Shown in pieces: positions 49,963-61,004 of a DNA stretch of 64,000 nt. The stretch's first letter is position 1. Every line of letters starts with the position of its first letter. A program made the translations under genes and the position numbers. This DNA is from Podarcis cretensis. Lineage: Eukaryota. The DNA is taken from positions 66,898,001 to 66,962,000 of the forward strand of contig OX638150.1 of the NCBI GenBank assembly GCA_951804945.1, read 5' to 3'. The notes beneath the pieces were generated by a model that was not told where the DNA came from, did no database searches, and saw only the letters and a program-made list of their open reading frames with translations.

Positions 49963-50477
49963 ATGATTATTTAAAGTGGTATGATACTGCTTTAAATGTT
50001 ATGTGCATATGTGGCCTCAGTCTCCCCATCTGCAATATGGGTGATGATGATAGTACTACTAATAATAATGATGGCTCTCATCACAGGGTTGTAGTGAGGA
50101 TTACAACTAGATAATGTATGGAAAGCAGTTTGAACACTTGAAAGTGCTATAAAAATGCTTACTACTTAATTGTGCAAACATTTCTGTGATATACCCGGAA
50201 CTGGTATTAAGTGTTAATGAGGAATAAAAGGTGACAGGTCAATGGATGTGGTACAGACTATTCCTCTTATGCACTTTTCAAGTAGTTGATTATAGGGGAA
50301 ATTGGCAATCTGAGGCACCTTTAACATTTTCCCTCCCACAGCTTCCTTCAAACTTGTTGACATCTATTAAAGCCATGGACTTTTTCTGATTGGGCAAATT
50401 TCCACTAGTAGTCTGCTTATTTCTAGCTCAGTTGCTATAATGATGACAAGAAAATTACAGTACTCCTAAGGCATGCA

Positions 50478-50515
<38 letters not shown>

Positions 50516-50810
50516 TCATTCCCCTTTAGACCAGAGGTTTCCATACTTTCTACTACACTAATGTGCCATAGTCAGACTTCCTTCTCTGAAATGTTGTTGC
50601 ATTTAATTACATGAGAAAAGTCATAAAGGGCTTTCATTATGCAGCCCAAATAATTTGGGAATTTAAAAGGTGGCACACATACACCTTCTCTGAAAATATC
50701 ACGGTTTGCTAAAGAGTGATGCCCTGGAAAGCCAGGGAAAGAAAAAATGTGTCAAATATATGGTTCAATGACCTAACACAATTAACTACAGTTATATGGA
50801 GTTGAGACAA

Positions 50811-50958
50811 TAGAATCATAGAACTGTAGAGTTGTAAGGGACCCTGAGGATCATCTAGTTCAACCCCCTGTAATGCAGGAATATGCAGCTGTCCCATGCA
50901 GGGATCAAGTCTGCAACCTTGGACAGTATCAACACCATGCTATAACCAACTGAGCTAT
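50811..50958 (-). mobile_element. tRNA-Ile-derived SINE with CR1-type tail
   Basis: Same family as 40661-40811, with a (TTCTATGA)-type tail. Confidence 0.82.
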
Positions 50959-52125
50959 TACAGATCCTGGGTTAGATTTCAAGCCTTCTGTTTGGATTCT
51001 AATGACTTAGACTGGGGTCACTAACCCTCAGCCCAGGTGGCCTAATTTAGTCCCCAATAATTTTTTCTCTTCCACCCCTAAAAGACCCCAGACCAGAGGT
51101 AGGCAGACAGGTATCTGATGGGGATACAAATCACTCTTTTATTGGCTATCAGACAGATTGTTTGATGAATGGGGAACTACTCTCTATGGCTGACCTGCAC
51201 ACATCAGGTGAGAAGGGGCTGTGTGTCCTGTGTGTGTATGCAAAAGTGTGCATGGGAGAGGGGCGGCCATGCTCTCACCACTGACTAGCAGCCCCTGGAG
51301 AGCTGGCCAAGGATAAATGAGGCCCTTGTTGATTTAGACTGTGTTATACAGCTGTGCTTTTTCAGATGGTGGGTAAAGGACTGCCTTCACCCATTTTCAG
51401 GTGGACCTCAGTGTCACACTCCACACTTCCTGCCTGGTCTCCAGCTGAGCAAGGAAACCTCTCTTGACTGACATAAAGGCCTCCACCTCAGAAGAATAGC
51501 CAAGCGTCAGGCAATGGTGTGGGAACTGGAGAACCTGTGTTTGAGTAGCCATGCAGGGGGTAGAAGGAAGAGAAGGTGGAACTGAGTGAAAGTGACTGGG
51601 AGATGGAGGGTATTTTGGTGGGAGATGGAAGGTCTGTGGCAAAGTATTCAATGATTTCAAAGGGGGGGTTAGATATCAATTTAAAATTATGTCAGTAACT
51701 GCCAACTAACTGTGCCATTGAGTGAGGAGGCATGGCCATGCTCCAACTCCACCTGCTGCCATTTTGTGACTAGGGATCCTCTAAAATTTTCAGGCCTCTC
51801 ACGTGGCTCTGGAGGTCAAAAGCTGTACGGCAAAAAGCAAAGAAGTTTATCAAAACTATCCCTCACAACAAGAAAATCCCATGGAATAATTCTTCATTAA
51901 AAACATTTCAGTGTCTGTTGTCCCTTTTTTTCTTCCTAACATTAATCCTAAACATACTTAACTTGGCAATAATAGCCCATTCACATAGCCATGGTTGCCA
52001 TGGTGGTTTCACCACGAAAAAAAAATCAAGGGCATGTCCTTACCTGCTGTAAGCAATGGTGACAACGGGCACCTTTCTGTATCCTCCATGCCCCTCCCCA
52101 CATGGCCATTGGCAGCAAACAAAGA

Positions 52126-52189
<64 letters not shown>
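52126..52189. repeat. Compound (CA)n(GA)n microsatellite
   Basis: Direct reading. Other simple repeats: (TG)n at ~366-396, 46692-46717 and 50481-50512; (CA)n at 39095-39122. Confidence 0.95.
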
Positions 52190-52193
<4 letters not shown>

Positions 52194-52826
52194 AGTCATT
52201 AAATTCATCAGGAGATCTAAACAAAGCTCCCACATATACACCCCTCTGCACCTCTCTTTCCTTGCCGTGGCTTCAGCCCAGAAGTTGCATATTTGTATTC
52301 CTTTGGGGCAAACTGCTTTTATGGGCTTCACGGCAGGCAAAAAAAGGCAACAGGTGTTTCCTGTTCACCTTTTAAATGTCTGACAATTCTTCTAAGAATA
52401 ATGTTTCCTGTTGAAAGGTAGTGAACTTAGTGGCAACGTGCCTGGAGGCGGACTGAAGTGTGCATTAGAGAGAGTGAGGAGATGTGTGTGCATAGGGATA
52501 TATAAATGACAGAACTACTTATTCAGCTCTGCCCTTTCACATTGTTAAGGTTTCTCCAAATATATGAGGAAAGTTTCCTTATTTTGGCATCTATCAGTCT
52601 TACTTCTGCCTTGTTATCCTCTGGGATACTGGCACAGTAACAAAAAGGGTCAGCTTGAGAAAATGATTAGGGTTAATCGCCAATTTAGCCTGGGCAACAG
52701 CTCTGGCTTTCTGAGAAGATGTTCAAACAGGTAGAGCAGTCACTGGCATTCAAGGCAGGGTGAATGATTATTATGGGAGGCAGTTTGAACAGAGAGGCCT
52801 TTTTTCTAAAGGCTAATACAGATTGG

Positions 52827-53294
52827 TTGCGTGTGTAGGTCCCCAGGCCACCCCTCAAATAACTTCACACATAACACGTGATTTTAGTTTTGGTTTTTGG
52901 GCACTATTTTGGCCACAACTTTATTAAAATACAAAATCAGTGAGTGGTTGTTTAGACATTGGTTATGACTATCTGTCCCCCCGCCTGGGACAGAACTGAC
53001 ATCCCGAGGTCCGAACGGTAGCCAGTAGAAGAGAAAGTCAAACTGGGGGTCATTTGAGCTAAGCGTCGGACCCACGCCGCTCACCCCAGCAGCTCCCCGA
53101 AAGCTTGCCTGCCCGGTCCTATAACAAGGATTCCCATAACAGGGATTGGGCGGCCCTGGTCCCATAACAGGGATTGGACGAAATCATGGCAAGCCCCAGG
53201 ATTCCTTTAACGGAATTCCCTTCAGCGCAATAGGATGGGCAGGCACCGCCTGAACCCCTCCACCACCAGCATATTATAACCAATGCCTAACCGC
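52827..53294 (-). repeat. Ngaro terminal direct repeat B2 (468 bp)
   Basis: Direct repeat of 53665-54132 at an offset of 838. I found only 2 mismatches. Minus-strand AATAAA at 52920-52925. Confidence 0.92.
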
Positions 53295-53664
53295 AACCTT
53301 ACAAGTTGTGACGAATTGCTGAGTAGTAGGCAAAAACCAAATGGCACAGCCAATCACCAAATGGCAAAATTCCTACTAGGCCCCTGCTCCAAGGCAGACG
53401 ACCCCATGACAGGCAAAGCAAGGTCAACCGGAAAGAGGGCGGGCGGGTGATCCGATGCACTCTGCAAAGAGAAAGAGAAACCAGAGTGCACCAATATTTA
53501 AAGACTATGGTCCCTCCCACCCAATTTGCAACATACAATTTGCCCCAGCAACCCGGTTACCCAATCATGATGCCAGGCAACAATTATTAACCTGCCTGGC
53601 AACAAGAGGCCTGGCCTGGTGGCCCACACCGCAACACGTGCTCTCATTTATTGGAGAACACGCT
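53295..53664 (-). repeat. Ngaro A2 segment between the B repeats (putative promoter-bearing repeat; partner A1 absent)
   Basis: 370 bp between two B copies. Minus strand has CCAAT/ATTGG and GC-box-like motifs and TTTAAATA (53495-53502), followed by a pyrimidine-rich stretch. Confidence 0.7.
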
Positions 53665-54132
53665 TTGCGTGTGTAGGTCCCCAGGCCACCCCTCAAATAA
53701 CTTCACACATAACACGTAATTTTAGTTTTGGTTTTTGGGCACTATTTTGGCCACAACTTTATTAAAATACAAAATCAGTGAGTGGTTGTTTAGACATTGG
53801 TTATGACTATCTGTCCCCCCGCCTGGGACAGAACTGACATCCCGAGGTCCGAACGGTAGCCAGTAGAAGAGAAAGTCAAACTGGGGGTCATTTGAGCTAA
53901 GCGTCGGACCCACGCCGCTCACCCCAGCAGCTCCCCGAAAGCTTGCCTGCCCGGTCCTATAACAAGGATTCCCATAACAGGGATTGGGCGGCCCTGGTCC
54001 CATAACAGGGATTGGACGAAATCATGGCAAGCCCCAGGATTCCTTTAACGGAATTCCCTTCAGCGCAATAGGAGGGGCAGGCACCGCCTGAACCCCTCCA
54101 CCACCAGCATATTATAACCAATGCCTAACCGC
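53665..54132 (-). repeat. Ngaro direct repeat B1 (468 bp)
   Basis: Copy of 52827-53294, lying directly downstream of the SGNH ORF. Confidence 0.92.
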
Positions 54133-54163
54133 CACCCGAGCTTTAACGCTCGCCGCCAACCAC

Positions 54164-54735
54164 TCACAAACCCAACCAGGAACCTAATTTTTTAGCCACA
54201 GCATCCAACCAAATCATTCCCCAAATCAGAAAGGTGCACTCCATCCGCCCGGTAAAGTGCTGCCGCCTTGAAATAAATGCTGGGGTGGGGAATAACCAGC
54301 CCACCCAGCTCCAAAACCTTCTTGCACACTGCAGAGTTAATGCATATCCTGGCCTTCTCAGCGGCCTCCGGGCGGGAAACACCGTGCCAGGTTTGCCTCT
54401 GCAACAGGTGAGACCAAATATTCTCACTGAAGGTAAAAAGGCTGCCAATGCCTCCAAATCCCTTTTTGGATTGAGGTGCGCAAAGCAAGGCAATCAATAG
54501 TTGCCACATCATTTTCCCCCAGCTGCACCACTATGGCCATAGGGTGGGGAGGTCCGAGAGCAGCCGGCGACCAATCAGCGGCATAAACTCTCCCCATGAC
54601 ATTCCGCGTCTGGAAAACCATGACACTTGCATGTGCTGTGGGAGGCCGAGACACGCTCCCCTTGCAGACTGCCTCGCTCTGCTGCCAGCCCAATGAACGA
54701 TGCTGTGTCCCACTATCCAGATGTGGACCAGCGTG
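54164..54735 (-). pseudogene. Ngaro SGNH/GDSL hydrolase-like ORF, frameshifted
   Basis: Blocks spread over several frames: IWIVGHSIVHWA (block I Ser), SRRGMSW (block II), VVQLGENDV (block III GxND), YRADGVHLS (block V DxxH). Confidence 0.85.
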
Positions 54736-54789
54736 GGATCTACAAGGGTTGAAACAAACAAGCATTAGTACCAAACTCAGCATTTGTTT

Positions 54790-55830
54790 CGCACATAACC
54801 CTTGAAAGCATCAGATTTCCATGTCCCAAATCCTTGATCCTGGCAGCCGAGAAGCCCCAATGGGCCACCATAGTCGCTGCACCTATGTGAAAGGAATGAG
54901 GGGCGAAACCAGAGGCCGAGATCCCACAAGCAGAGATGGCCTTACGCATGACTTTTGTGAAGTAGTGTTGCGCAAAAGGGTGACCATTTTCAAGCATGAG
55001 TAGCGGGCCGTCCCTAGGAGGTCTCAAGGCCAAATACTTCCTTACATCCTTGACCGGGCATGGGCCCACCTCCCCAGTCGCTGGGAGGCGGACAACCTCC
55101 CCCCGACCCAGCTGGTCAGTTTTGGAGTTGCGCACTACAAGTCTCAACTCCAAAAGGGGAACGCATATATCCTGAAGGAGCAACCCATGAGAACCAGCAA
55201 CTTCTAGGATCGAGCCAGCCCCCCATGGGAACAAAAAGCCAAATATTTCTGTATCCAATAACAGGGCAAGGGCCCACCTTACCCGTGACTGGAAGCCTGA
55301 TGATGGCAACCCTGCTCACTAGGTATGACTTAGAGCTCCAGACACTTATGACAAGCTCCAAAGCAGATAAGGAAAAATCCTGAGGCAATAAGCCTCCAAA
55401 CTCTCCGCCCCGTGCTGGCTACAACACAATTTCCCCAACCCTCAGTACACCAAAATTACAATGGAATACTGAAAGACAAGTCTTAACTTGTTGCGGATAC
55501 TGCATAGGTCAAGATTGACCGGCTTCCTGCCTGCAGTCCTGTGAAGGCTGGAGTCTTTTCCAACCTTCCGAGACCCTGCGCACGGCACACTTTTAGAAGG
55601 GTCTCTGAAAAATTAAAGCTTTACTCTAGCAGGCATTGCAGCGGAGTGAATTCTGATAGATTTAACAGTGCATCCAATCTGCAGCAGGTAGGCCAATTAC
55701 TGCAGGTCCTGCTCAGAGAATGGAGGCAAGTTCCTCTGAATGGCTGGGGACTGCCAGCTAAATGCTAAGGAATCAGTCCAGGCCTTCTCATAAGACCTGA
55801 AAGCAGAAGGGGAAATGTAAGCTACTACTC
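54790..55830 (-). pseudogene. Ngaro tyrosine recombinase, decayed
   Basis: ORF 54740-55309 has RNSKTDQLGRG, CPV, FAPHSFHIGAAT and IKDLG(RW) motifs. The catalytic HxxR is mutated to HSFH. The N-terminal part is fragmentary. Confidence 0.88.
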
Positions 55831-55949
55831 CTCTTAATTATAAATTGTTGCCAAAGCGCCACGGGAGCTCCAGAAAATCCGGCTATAGCTGGGCGTCCGG
55901 AGCCCAGGATCTGAAGCTCTCCAACTGAAAACGGGATAGAGTGACAGCG

Positions 55950-57250
55950 AAAACATTAGATGATCCCGTAATAAAGCGAGCAGAAACGCAATATTACACC
56001 TTAAGCAGTGCAGCTGGAAAGCACATAAAAGGGGGCGGAGACTCTGCCAAAGCATGAGGACCATTTTGCCAGGACCCTCACACTGCCTGGTTATCAGACC
56101 AAGGCAGACCCAACGGTCCCTGTACTCCTCAGTCCAGATGTGCGCTGACACTACAATGGGGAGAACTCAAGAAAAGTTAGGTCACATGAGATAGCCTTGC
56201 CCTGCCAGGCTCAAGGCCACTGTACAGGATGATGAAGGGACCCCGGACCATGAGACCACCTGGCCGAGCAGGAATGGAAGGGGCAGCCTGGAACAACCAC
56301 CCTGCATGCCAATTTTTTAAACTGACTTAGCAATGATAGAATCTGACAAAGCAACATTTGCTATCAGAGGAAGTATTACAAGAATAACGTCCTTCACGGC
56401 AAGCAGCTTTTCCACAGGCAAGCAGAGGTATGAGCAACAATATCCAGCTAGCCCCTAAATACATTAAAGGGGGCAGTAGGAGCCACTGTCCTATCCACTG
56501 CCAACAGAACACCCAGCTCCTCAGGGAATAAAAAGGGGGCGTCCAGTAAGCCCAAGCAGGGGCTGGTGTCACACGAACCAGCCAGTGAGATAATCCAAAT
56601 AATGGTACCCCCAGTTAAACGAGTCTTGACTCGTGATGTTCAATCCAGAAAGACGCTAAAGGACTCGAGTGTTGCACAGCCTATAGCGCAACACATTGGC
56701 ATCGCCTTTTCAATGTAAGGACCATCCAATTAAAGCCCAACTAGTTATAATCTTGAGGGTGCACGGTGCAGCAGCCTAACAGCCAATTCAATATCGCATA
56801 ATGCCAACCAGGCCCACTTCCAATTTGTTGGTAAGCTCAACTGCCTGATCCAAAGATGCATATTTCACGGAACAAATTCCAGAGAGTCATTCACTGAGGT
56901 GCCTTTGGGATGCGATAAATATGGATTATATGGGGCTTTCTTAGGGACGATCCCCAAAGGGGATAAATGAAAATCAGGAATAGGAGAAGAATCAAGGGGA
57001 TCCCACCAAACGTCCCAATGAAAGCTGCTTCCTAACCTTCTTACTTGCTACCGCAGGTAGCTCTCTGACTGGCTTTTGAGTTGCTGTATTCTGAGCCACT
57101 GGTTGAAAAGCCAGAGGAATCCCAAACCTTGGGAAAACCCTTCCCACAAGCACAAAACCACTGACCCATCTAGATAACCTTTTAGCCAGGCTTTCAAGGA
57201 GGATATTTTTATGGAAATAGGGGCGAGAGGTATTGAGTTATTGCTTGCCA
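55950..57250 (-). pseudogene. Ngaro reverse transcriptase and RNase H, heavily decayed
   Basis: Manual translation of the minus strand gives PDFHLSPLGIVPKKAP, SVND, CSVKYASLDQAVEL, CDIELAVRLL, EKAMPMCCAIGCATLESFS, HYLDY (~56590-56605) and DNQAV (~56080-56095), with many stops and frameshifts. Confidence 0.82.
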
Positions 57251-57519
57251 GGCCCCGCTTGGGCAAGATGCCCTGCCTTGTGTTGCCACCATGATGTGTA
57301 AATTTACAGGGCCAACACTGGCCAGAAACCCTAAAGAAGTCCCAACAAAGCTGCCACCGGGCCAGCTTCCTGCATACCAGCTTCAGGTTCTATTGCTCAG
57401 GGAATTTCCATTTAAAATGTGGAGCTGCGCAAGTGGTCCACATGTCCCTGCGATCCTAGCGAGCTGAGGGGGTGATGGCAGCCCTGCATCTAACATTCCC
57501 ATCATAGTGAATTACCACT

Positions 57520-57585
57520 TATAGAATAATGGGGTTAGAAGGGACTCCGAGGATCATCTAGTCCACTCTCCCACAATATAATAAT

Positions 57586-57628
<43 letters not shown>

Positions 57629-58140
57629 GTAATAAACATCATCATCATCTATTTGTACCCGCCCATCTGGCTGGGCTTCCCCAGCAACAACAACAACAGT
57701 AATAAACATCATCATCATCTATTTGTACCCGCCCATCTGGCTGGGCTTCCCCAGCAACAACAACAACAGTAATAAACATCATCATCATCTATTTGTACCC
57801 GCCCATCTGGCTGGGCTTCCCCAGCCACTCTGGGCAGCTTCCAACAAAATTAAAATACAGTAATGCATCAAACATTAAAAGCTTCCCTAAACAGGGCTCC
57901 CTTAGATGTCTTCTAAAAGTCTGGTAGTAGACATCTGGTGGGAGGGTGTACCACAGGGCGGATGCCACTTCCAAGAAGGCCCTCCACCTGATTCCCTGTA
58001 ACTTGGCTTCTCACAGTGAAGGAACCACCAGTAGAGTGATGAGGGAGAGTGATGAGGGAGCATGAAGCTGTCCCATACAGGGACCAATCCTGCAACCTAG
58101 GCATTACTGGCACCATACACTGACCAGCTGAGCTATCCAG
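57520..58140 (-). mobile_element. tRNA-Ile/CR1-tail SINE split by an L2 3' fragment
   Basis: Tail at 57520-57575 and head at 58066-58140, with L2 sequence between them. Confidence 0.72.
57577..58060 (-). mobile_element. L2 LINE 3' end with a triplicated 70-bp terminus and (TTG)n tail
   Basis: Same L2 3' sequence as 46836-47064, with a 70-bp unit repeated 3 times at 57615-57824. Confidence 0.82.
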
Positions 58141-58231
58141 GATGATCCCTAAAGACCCGGAACAGCCTCACCCTGACCCCTGGAGAGGTCCAAGGTGATG
58201 TCTGAATCATCATCAGAGCCCAGGGATGATT

Positions 58232-58613
58232 TACTAGAGCATGCACCACTCTGGCAAGACAGTCCACGGGCAGGTAGAGTCTTAGCCTGTGTACCAGATG
58301 GAACTGGTAGACAGCTGCCCTGGATACAGAATTGACCTGTGCCTCTATGGACAGCTGTGAGTCCAAAATGACTCCCAGGCTGCACACCTGGTCCTTCAAG
58401 GGCACTGTTACCCCATTCAGGATCAGGGAGTCCTCCACACCAGCGCGCCCCCTGTCCCCCAAGAACAGTACTTCTGTCTTGTCAGGATTCAACCTCAATC
58501 CATTAGCCGCCATCCATCCTCCAACCGCCTCCAGGCACTCTCACAGGACCTTCACTGCCTTCACTGTTTCCAATTTAAAAGAGAGGTAGAGCTGGGTATC
58601 ATCTGCATATTGA
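58232..58613 (-). mobile_element. L2 LINE ORF2 reverse transcriptase fragment
   Basis: QYADDTQLYLSF at ~58580-58612 and WMAANGLRLNPDKTEVL...SLGVILDSQL...ARVVHALV. Confidence 0.9.
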
Positions 58614-58874
58614 TATCCTCCTCCTCCTCCTCCTCCTTCTCCTTTTGGTGATCCTGACCTGAACTTGGTGCCATTCTTCCCTGGACTGAACAAAGTAGGT
58701 AGGAACCTCTAGCTCCTTCAAAATGCAACAACCATAGTTCAGCATTCTTTTTCAACATGAGACAGAATGTTATGGTTTCTAAGATCACCTTCATCTGATC
58801 ATGTAAATGAATTTATATCAGCTCAAGGACAGGAACAACCAGGTACATAAAAAATCACTGAAATGCTCCATTGC

Positions 58875-59013
58875 AATCATAGAATTGTAGGATTGGAAGG
58901 GATCTCAATGGTTATCTAAGCCAGGCCCCTGCAATGCAGGAATCTTTTGCCCAATGTGGGGCTCAAACACACGACGCTGAGATTAAAAGTCTCATGCTCT
59001 ACTGACTGAGCTA
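58875..59013 (-). mobile_element. tRNA-Lys-derived SINE with CR1-type tail
   Basis: Minus head tagctcagtcagtagagcatgagacttttaatctcag...gagccccacattgggca resembles tRNA-Lys. It shares attcctgcattgcagggg and the tail with the Ile-type copies. Confidence 0.78.
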
Positions 59014-61004
59014 AAAAGTTCATTAGCAGAGGGATGTATACAAGAAACCAAAAAGGATGTAAAAATATCTCACTTTAATTCTGATTAATAATTTGTATGG
59101 TTTTGAAACATTTTCCATTTTTTGCTATTGTGCCAAAAAAATCACATTCGCCAAGGACAAAAGGCTTCACCCCTCAGTTTTATTGAAAATTCACCTTCCA
59201 CCAATTTACATTCCTGGCGGGAAACTCTATTATAGAATATTACTAGTACAACCAAAGAGAAAGACATATTTTCTCTCCAATGCATCATTCTTAGATTATG
59301 TTTCATACTTATTGCATCTGCATAGTGTTTTCTATTGATAAAATCCAAATATTTTGCATGATTACATGGCTGTTAACATTCATAGTGCCTCTGGCAACAC
59401 TTCTAATTTAACAAAGTGAATTACTTTCTTTTTCTAATAATTCATCAGTGTGCTGTATATGAAGCAGAATATTTCCACCATGGTTGCCTAGCTGTTACTA
59501 TGCTAAAGCATTAGCAATTCAATATGTGCAGTTCCTTAAATTGTTACTCTGTTGGAGAGGAAAAAAAACCCAGCTTTAAAAAAATAATTAGGCAAATGCC
59601 CATGTTCTCCGTCTCCAGACACATTCCAGCTGTTCACAATACAAATTTAGAGTGTAAAACTCCCATCTTTTAAAAGTCTCCAGAAAAACATAGCTGTAGC
59701 ACTTTAAATGCAATATCTGTAATTGGCATTTTGATGAGAATTAATAAGGCAGTAAATTTTTGTTAATGAGATACCTGGTTCATTGCTAAAATACAAATTT
59801 GTTGCATTTTATTATGACTTTCTGTATCAGCTAGCATAGCACATGGAAGAAATCTTGGGAGAAAGCCATTTTTCTCTCAAAATAGATGGAGTTTGATCAT
59901 CAGTATTACCAGCCTCCCACATAGAGAACACAACACAGCTTACTCCTGGCACCTCTGCATCAAAGGATCTTGCCATGTTTTGATGTTGTTGACAGTACAG
60001 TTTTCATTTTTGAAGCACCACTGGTAGTTTTTCCGGAGGACAGCACTATGGATCACCTTATAAATCAATAGACACTTTTCAGTCATCCATGTTTCATTCA
60101 CTTCTTCAAATTCATATTTCCTGTAATATGTATGTCAAGAAAGCCATGTTGGTTGACATCAAAGACTAATCTGAGGATTTTATTCATGCATGCATTTCAG
60201 TTGGGTTTTTTTAATGATACTATCATTCAGCCAAAGCAAAGCAATTCAACTTAAAACATTAAACTTCAAGGCAAACAGATCTTAAAATGGCACACACATA
60301 CATACAGATATGGAACAAAACACAGCAGATGCCTTACGAAATGAGGCTTTTAATGGCTTTCCTGAAATATCTGGTCTAGCCAGGTCCTCTAAAGCCATCT
60401 TTCCCTAAATAGAGTGCTATCATGGAAAAGGCCCTGATCTTCTCTGTCATAAGCCTACCTTCTGAATATGGTGGCATCTCTCACCCTCTCTAGGCCTTGG
60501 TGCAGGATGAATAGGAGAAGGTGCTTCCTCCAGAATTATGTTTCAGAAGAAGTAAAACAGGGAATTCTCATTTTCTCTGCATTTGTAGTTTTGTCTGTGC
60601 TGGTTGAAAAAAAAAAGGTCAAATAAATTCAAAGTAAAAGGCATCAAATATTAAATATCCAACCTGCTATATTCTCCACAAAGGCTATAATAATTATTGT
60701 TGTCTCTGTGTGCATTAGAACTCTCTGACATCTCTGCTTGAGATGCAATCATAGGAGAATATACTGGCAATGTTACAACATAATGACAATCAGTTGCTGT
60801 AAATGTACAACCACAGATAACAGCGTTCACTAAGGTCAGGAAAACATGAGACAGAAAAGGATCACCCAGTTTAAGCAAACAGCACCTTTGTCAGGCCTCA
60901 GCTTGACAATGGTTCAAGCGTTCGATAGTTTGTATGCTGCAAAAATTTATAGAAGCAATCCCTTAGGGTGTTTTTTATATATAAGTCATATGGGTATGGC
61001 TCTG

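Larger units (their letters stand above)
52827..57510 (-). mobile_element. Ngaro-type tyrosine recombinase retrotransposon (DIRS order), 5'-truncated, ORFs decayed
   Basis: Minus-strand order is gag remnant/zinc finger (LCWDF..CWPCKFTH), RT (FHLSPLGIVPKK, CSVKYASLDQAVEL, EKAMPM, HYLDY), RNase H (DNQAV), YR (RNSKTDQ, PHSFHIGAAT), SGNH hydrolase, then B-A-B split direct repeats. Confidence 0.9.

Noticed and set aside
52884-54003. Two identical 93-aa ORFs
   Set aside because: They are a by-product of the duplicated Ngaro B repeat, with no protein motif.
57615-57824. CRISPR-like periodic repeat
   Set aside because: The units are identical with no unique spacers, the sequence is an L2 tail, and the genome is eukaryotic.
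58940-59013. tRNA-Lys gene (and tRNA-Ile genes near 40740-40811 and 50890-50958)
   Set aside because: Acceptor stems and B boxes are degenerate and each is fused to a CR1-type tail. They are SINE heads, not tRNA genes.
59647-59700. Minus-strand AMFFWRLLKDGSFTL* resembling the TIMD4 C-terminus (DGLFTL*), the expected syntenic neighbour
   Set aside because: The upstream residues lack the acidic TIMD4 tail, there is no convincing acceptor, and I found no other TIMD4 exons. Likely chance.
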